IMG/VR virus record: IMGVR_UViG_3300037195_001698
Location: 1 to 45,280 of that record
Reading direction: 5' to 3' (one strand)
Origin: a virus
Lineage: Duplodnaviria > Caudoviricetes
Length of the DNA stretch: 45,280 nt
This document shows positions 42,597-45,280 of the stretch, piece after piece. Position 1 is the stretch's first letter; each line of letters opens with the position of its first letter. The notes under the pieces were generated by a model. The model saw nothing but the letters and a program-made list of their open reading frames with translations. It was not told the DNA's origin and ran no database searches. The position numbers and the translations under genes are program-made.

Positions 42597-43370
42597 ATGA
42601 TGAGACTTTTATTTGTTGCTTTAGCGTTGCTGGTTAGCCTTATCGCTTTTGCGGCCGGAACTGGCGACAACTCTTTTATAGTTGGAAACAACAGTTCCAC
42701 CGCTGAGAAAAAAATCTATCTTGGTAAGACTAATATAATTAGAGTCCCAGCTAGTGGCGGAAACCTACAATACTCAAATGACTCGGGCTCAACTTATGAA
42801 AATATCGGATCAGGTGGTGGCCTTGAGATTTACACTGCAAGAATAACGGGCGCAAGCATCAGCACGGGCAGCTCGGCGCAATCAACGCTGGCTCAGCTTA
42901 CGAATGCCTCTCTCAGTTTAACCAGGTATATTGGTTCACTTGATATCGCTTGTACAGGCTCGGAGACTCCATCTGACACGACTTGTACTTCTAGCGCTGA
43001 ATCAGTTGGAGTCTCGTGGACGGCCGACTCTGGTACAATCTGGAAGACATGCGTTCAATTTACAAGGTTCCACGATCAAGCAGCGTCGAGTCAGCCGGTG
43101 CAATACTATCGCGTTGTCGAAACTGAGAATACGAGCGCTACAATATTGCAGGACGTTGGTGAGGTAATAGGCACAGGTGGTGCCGTTCCATCCGCTCAAA
43201 ACAGTTTTTCCCCAATGAGAGTTTGTTCTAACTTTGAGTTTAGTTCTGGTGGAAGAAAGACTGTTCGGCTGATGTACACGCAGACTGTCTCTGGGACCGT
43301 AACTACAGCTGTGAACGCTGATGGAACTTATGGCCGAAGCATCTATTGGACTGTTCAGCGATTGAAATAA
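42597..43370 (+). CDS. Ser/Thr-rich beta protein with N-terminal signal peptide, in tail-fibre position
   Basis: MMRLLFVALALLVSLIAFA-A; LQYSNDSGST; AAGGAGAGG Shine-Dalgarno. Confidence 0.7.
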   Translation: MMRLLFVALALLVSLIAFAAGTGDNSFIVGNNSSTAEKKIYLGKTNIIRVPASGGNLQYSNDSGSTYENIGSGGGLEIYTARITGASISTGSSAQSTLAQLTNASLSLTRYIGSLDIACTGSETPSDTTCTSSAESVGVSWTADSGTIWKTCVQFTRFHDQAASSQPVQYYRVVETENTSATILQDVGEVIGTGGAVPSAQNSFSPMRVCSNFEFSSGGRKTVRLMYTQTVSGTVTTAVNADGTYGRSIYWTVQRLK

Positions 43371-43382
43371 GGCGAAGTTAAA

Positions 43383-43685
43383 ATGCAGTTGATCACGGAA
43401 AAAACAAAGATCGCTCTGCCCATCGGGTTGATAGTCACCTTCCTAGGTGGTGGAACATGGATGACCTCTTCTCATTTGTCCGATAGGGCTGTTGCGCGGA
43501 CGCTTGGTGATCTTCAATCAAAGGTCTTAGAGATTCAAGTCAAGCAAACAGAACTCCAAGATGCTCAAGCTGGCAGTGCTGTTGAGAACATGAGAGAGCT
43601 TAAGTCTCTCCAAAAACAGACTTACGAATTAGTTCTAAACATCGAAAAAAGACTTTCGAAGCTTGAGGGAAAACTGTCCCTCTAA
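43383..43685 (+). CDS. Membrane protein with coiled coil (holin/hemolysin-like candidate)
   Basis: Single N-terminal hydrophobic segment; IEKRLSKLEGK; lysis region. Confidence 0.5.
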   Translation: MQLITEKTKIALPIGLIVTFLGGGTWMTSSHLSDRAVARTLGDLQSKVLEIQVKQTELQDAQAGSAVENMRELKSLQKQTYELVLNIEKRLSKLEGKLSL

Positions 43686-43712
43686 GACTAACCAAACGAA
43701 AGGACAACCCAA

Positions 43713-44054
43713 GTGGAAGAACAAAACAAATATGGAATTGAGAACCTTAAAAAGCTAATGCACTTGCCTTTAAGTCTTCATATGGCTTACGAGGCGGCTA
43801 GCGCTGATGGCAAAATCGACATCACCGACGCAGGTCACTTGATGACACCAGTTGGAGCTTTAGTGCCCGCTGTTATGTCAGCAGAAGATGCCGAGCGTGA
43901 GTCTCGCGATCTTACCGACGAAGAGAAGCAAGAGTTAATTGACTGGGCAAAAGGCACTTACAAGATTCCGAATGAGAAGCTTGAAGCAAAGGTCGAAGGT
44001 GCTTTGGCTCTGGCTATTCAGGTTTTGGATTTTGTTCACGACGTACAAGCTTAA
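43713..44054 (+). CDS. Hypothetical protein (lysis region)
   Basis: AAGGA Shine-Dalgarno; ADGKIDITD and DLTDEEKQEL. Confidence 0.65.
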   Translation: MEEQNKYGIENLKKLMHLPLSLHMAYEAASADGKIDITDAGHLMTPVGALVPAVMSAEDAERESRDLTDEEKQELIDWAKGTYKIPNEKLEAKVEGALALAIQVLDFVHDVQA

Positions 44055-44068
44055 TTTAGAGGGCCGCC

Positions 44069-44812
44069 TTGTCATCTTCGATTTTTCCTCTTAGACACCC
44101 ACCAAAGACGTTGATCATTGTTTGCTTGGCGGCCCTCACCTTATTTAGTTCATGCGGTCTATTTGATTATTTTGAGAGTTTTGATACTGAAAAATACTAT
44201 AAAAAATCTTTGAAGTTGAAAGTGGACGGCCAATGGGTTGTCGGTATGGCTGCGGTTCAATCCAAAAGTTCCTATGAACTTGAGTTCAAATCCCCCGGAA
44301 AGATTTCGAATATCTCATTGAGGACGTGTTCAGATGATGAGGTCCTCACCCCTGACACTAGTTTTTGGCAGATCTTTAAAGACAAGAAGCGTTTCGAATA
44401 CACTTACAAAAGAACACCTCTTGATTCTGAGAAGTGTAGTGGGCTGGATATCGGAACCTACGAAAAGGGCACAAAGGCTCGTCATTCTTTTGGTTCGATC
44501 TACATTGCCGAAAGTGATGAGGTTATGCCTGCAAGACTTGAATGTGGAAAGTCTATCGTAAAAACAACGGGGATAAGTGTCTGCCAGAATGCGGCTGGGC
44601 TGATTCAAAGAATAAATTTCGATCGCAATGTCCATACGCTCACGAACAAACGCTCTGAGTGTTTCCTCAAGTCCAGAGATCAAAAGTCATTTGAAGTTTT
44701 TCTCGCGCCAGGTGAGTGCAATTTCTATTTCATCGACAAGTCATCGGGCGAGCTTCATAGGTTCGTTACCTATGGATATACCGAAGTGTTCCAGGAGATT
44801 CATCTTGAATAA
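44069..44812 (+). CDS. Cys-rich lipoprotein
   Basis: Hydrophobic stretch ending in the lipobox LFSS-C; six further Cys. Confidence 0.7.
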   Translation: MSSSIFPLRHPPKTLIIVCLAALTLFSSCGLFDYFESFDTEKYYKKSLKLKVDGQWVVGMAAVQSKSSYELEFKSPGKISNISLRTCSDDEVLTPDTSFWQIFKDKKRFEYTYKRTPLDSEKCSGLDIGTYEKGTKARHSFGSIYIAESDEVMPARLECGKSIVKTTGISVCQNAAGLIQRINFDRNVHTLTNKRSECFLKSRDQKSFEVFLAPGECNFYFIDKSSGELHRFVTYGYTEVFQEIHLE

Positions 44813-45017
44813 CTTTATTTTGTTTTTTCTAAAGGTCGTCTATCCAGTTACTCGATTTTTGACAGGTGCTTATATTAAACGTGCGAAGTCAGATGAGGAC
44901 CTGGATAAACTTTTCGAAGTAACTAGAGGGAAGCATGTCAGCCTGACAATGCAACGCCTGGAAGATCGAGAACAAAAAGAGCAGCTTAAGGAGCTTTGGA
45001 AAAATGGAATTCAATAA
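44805..45017 (+). CDS. Small membrane protein directly upstream of the endolysin (holin candidate)
   Basis: AGGAG Shine-Dalgarno before TTG 44805; hydrophobic N-terminus and charged C-terminus; overlaps the endolysin start. Confidence 0.5.
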   Translation: MNNFILFFLKVVYPVTRFLTGAYIKRAKSDEDLDKLFEVTRGKHVSLTMQRLEDREQKEQLKELWKNGIQ

Positions 45018-45280
45018 CGCTGTAAACATCGTTTTAAAGCACGAAGGCGGCCATGTTAACGATGATAGAGATCCAGGCGGTGAGACTAAGTTTGGAATTT
45101 CTAAACGCTCCTATCCTAATGAAGATATCAAAAATTTAACTAAGGCACGGGCTCGCGAGATTTACTTCGACGATTATTGGGTGAAAATGAAGTGCGATGA
45201 GATGCCGCCTCAATGTCGTCTTTTGCTTTTCGATGGGGCTGTCAACCACGGCGTTGGATTGATGTCTTTGATTTTGCAGA
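45004..45280 (+). CDS. Endolysin, glycoside hydrolase family 108, 5' part (continues at 1..293; about 156 aa in total)
   Basis: MEFNNAVNIVLKHEGGHVNDDRDPGGETKFGIS carries the GH108 EGG..N...D.GG.T.fGI motif; in frame with ORF 6..293. Confidence 0.92.
   Translation, partial: MEFNNAVNIVLKHEGGHVNDDRDPGGETKFGISKRSYPNEDIKNLTKARAREIYFDDYWVKMKCDEMPPQCRLLLFDGAVNHGVGLMSLILQ
45182..45280 (+). repeat. 99-bp terminal direct repeat of bases 1-99 (circular assembly overlap)
   Basis: tgaaaatgaagtgcgatgag...attttgcaga is identical at both ends and lies inside an ORF that is continuous across the junction. Confidence 0.97.

Larger units (their letters stand above)
1..45280. mobile_element. Complete circular temperate phage genome (Mu-like contractile-tail virion module, tyrosine integrase, lambdoid-type replication), about 45,181 bp unique
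   Basis: Integrase, attP, repressor, terminase, portal, capsid, sheath, baseplate and endolysin all present; terminal 99-bp overlap; intact attP indicates the excised or virion form. Confidence 0.95.

Noticed and set aside
41695-43370. Diversity-generating retroelement or invertible tail-fibre cassette
   Set aside because: No reverse transcriptase, serine invertase, template/variable repeat pair or inverted fibre copy seen
45182-45280. Biological terminal repeat or LTR
   Set aside because: Exactly 99 bp, in the middle of the endolysin ORF; best explained as assembler k-mer overlap of a circular contig
1-45280. Apparent abundance of GATC/CGATCG
   Set aside because: Visual impression only; needs k-mer counts against a Markov background before any claim

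Overview
The window is a complete circular temperate phage genome of about 45,181 bp. Bases 45182-45280 repeat bases 1-99 exactly, and a GH108 endolysin gene reads through that junction. Gene order: leftward lysogenic-conversion block (RelE/HigB-XRE toxin-antitoxin pair, membrane and secreted proteins), accessory cassette, cI/cro-like switch, recombination genes (Cas4/RecB-like exonuclease, annealing protein, SSB), xis-like gene and tyrosine integrase, attP (3' 49 nt of tRNA-Gly(GCC)), replication initiator with internal iterons and a helicase-loader-like gene, methyltransferases and small early genes, a phage sigma factor, terminases, a Mu-like head and contractile-tail module, and lysis genes. 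The host may be Bdellovibrionota (inferred from remembered protein families, not checked). The main candidate novel system is at 2193-5143, beside the repressor. A LuxI/FeeM-like acyltransferase-fold gene is coupled to a heme-oxygenase-like diiron oxidase gene. Divergent from them are an XRE regulator, a PAS-domain protein and a PAS-less paralog that overlaps the 3' end of a cI lacking a self-cleavage domain. This looks like a phage-encoded small-molecule make-and-sense circuit for the lysis/lysogeny decision. Other notable signals: attP splits the early operon; the C5-methyltransferase is encoded in two overlapping frames; a late-promoter motif TT(A/C)CG-N16-CGATAA occurs three times; a G-U-rich RNA stem and a terminator precede xis/int; and the tail chaperone has a -1 frameshift. 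All protein calls rest on motif recognition by eye, with no database searches.
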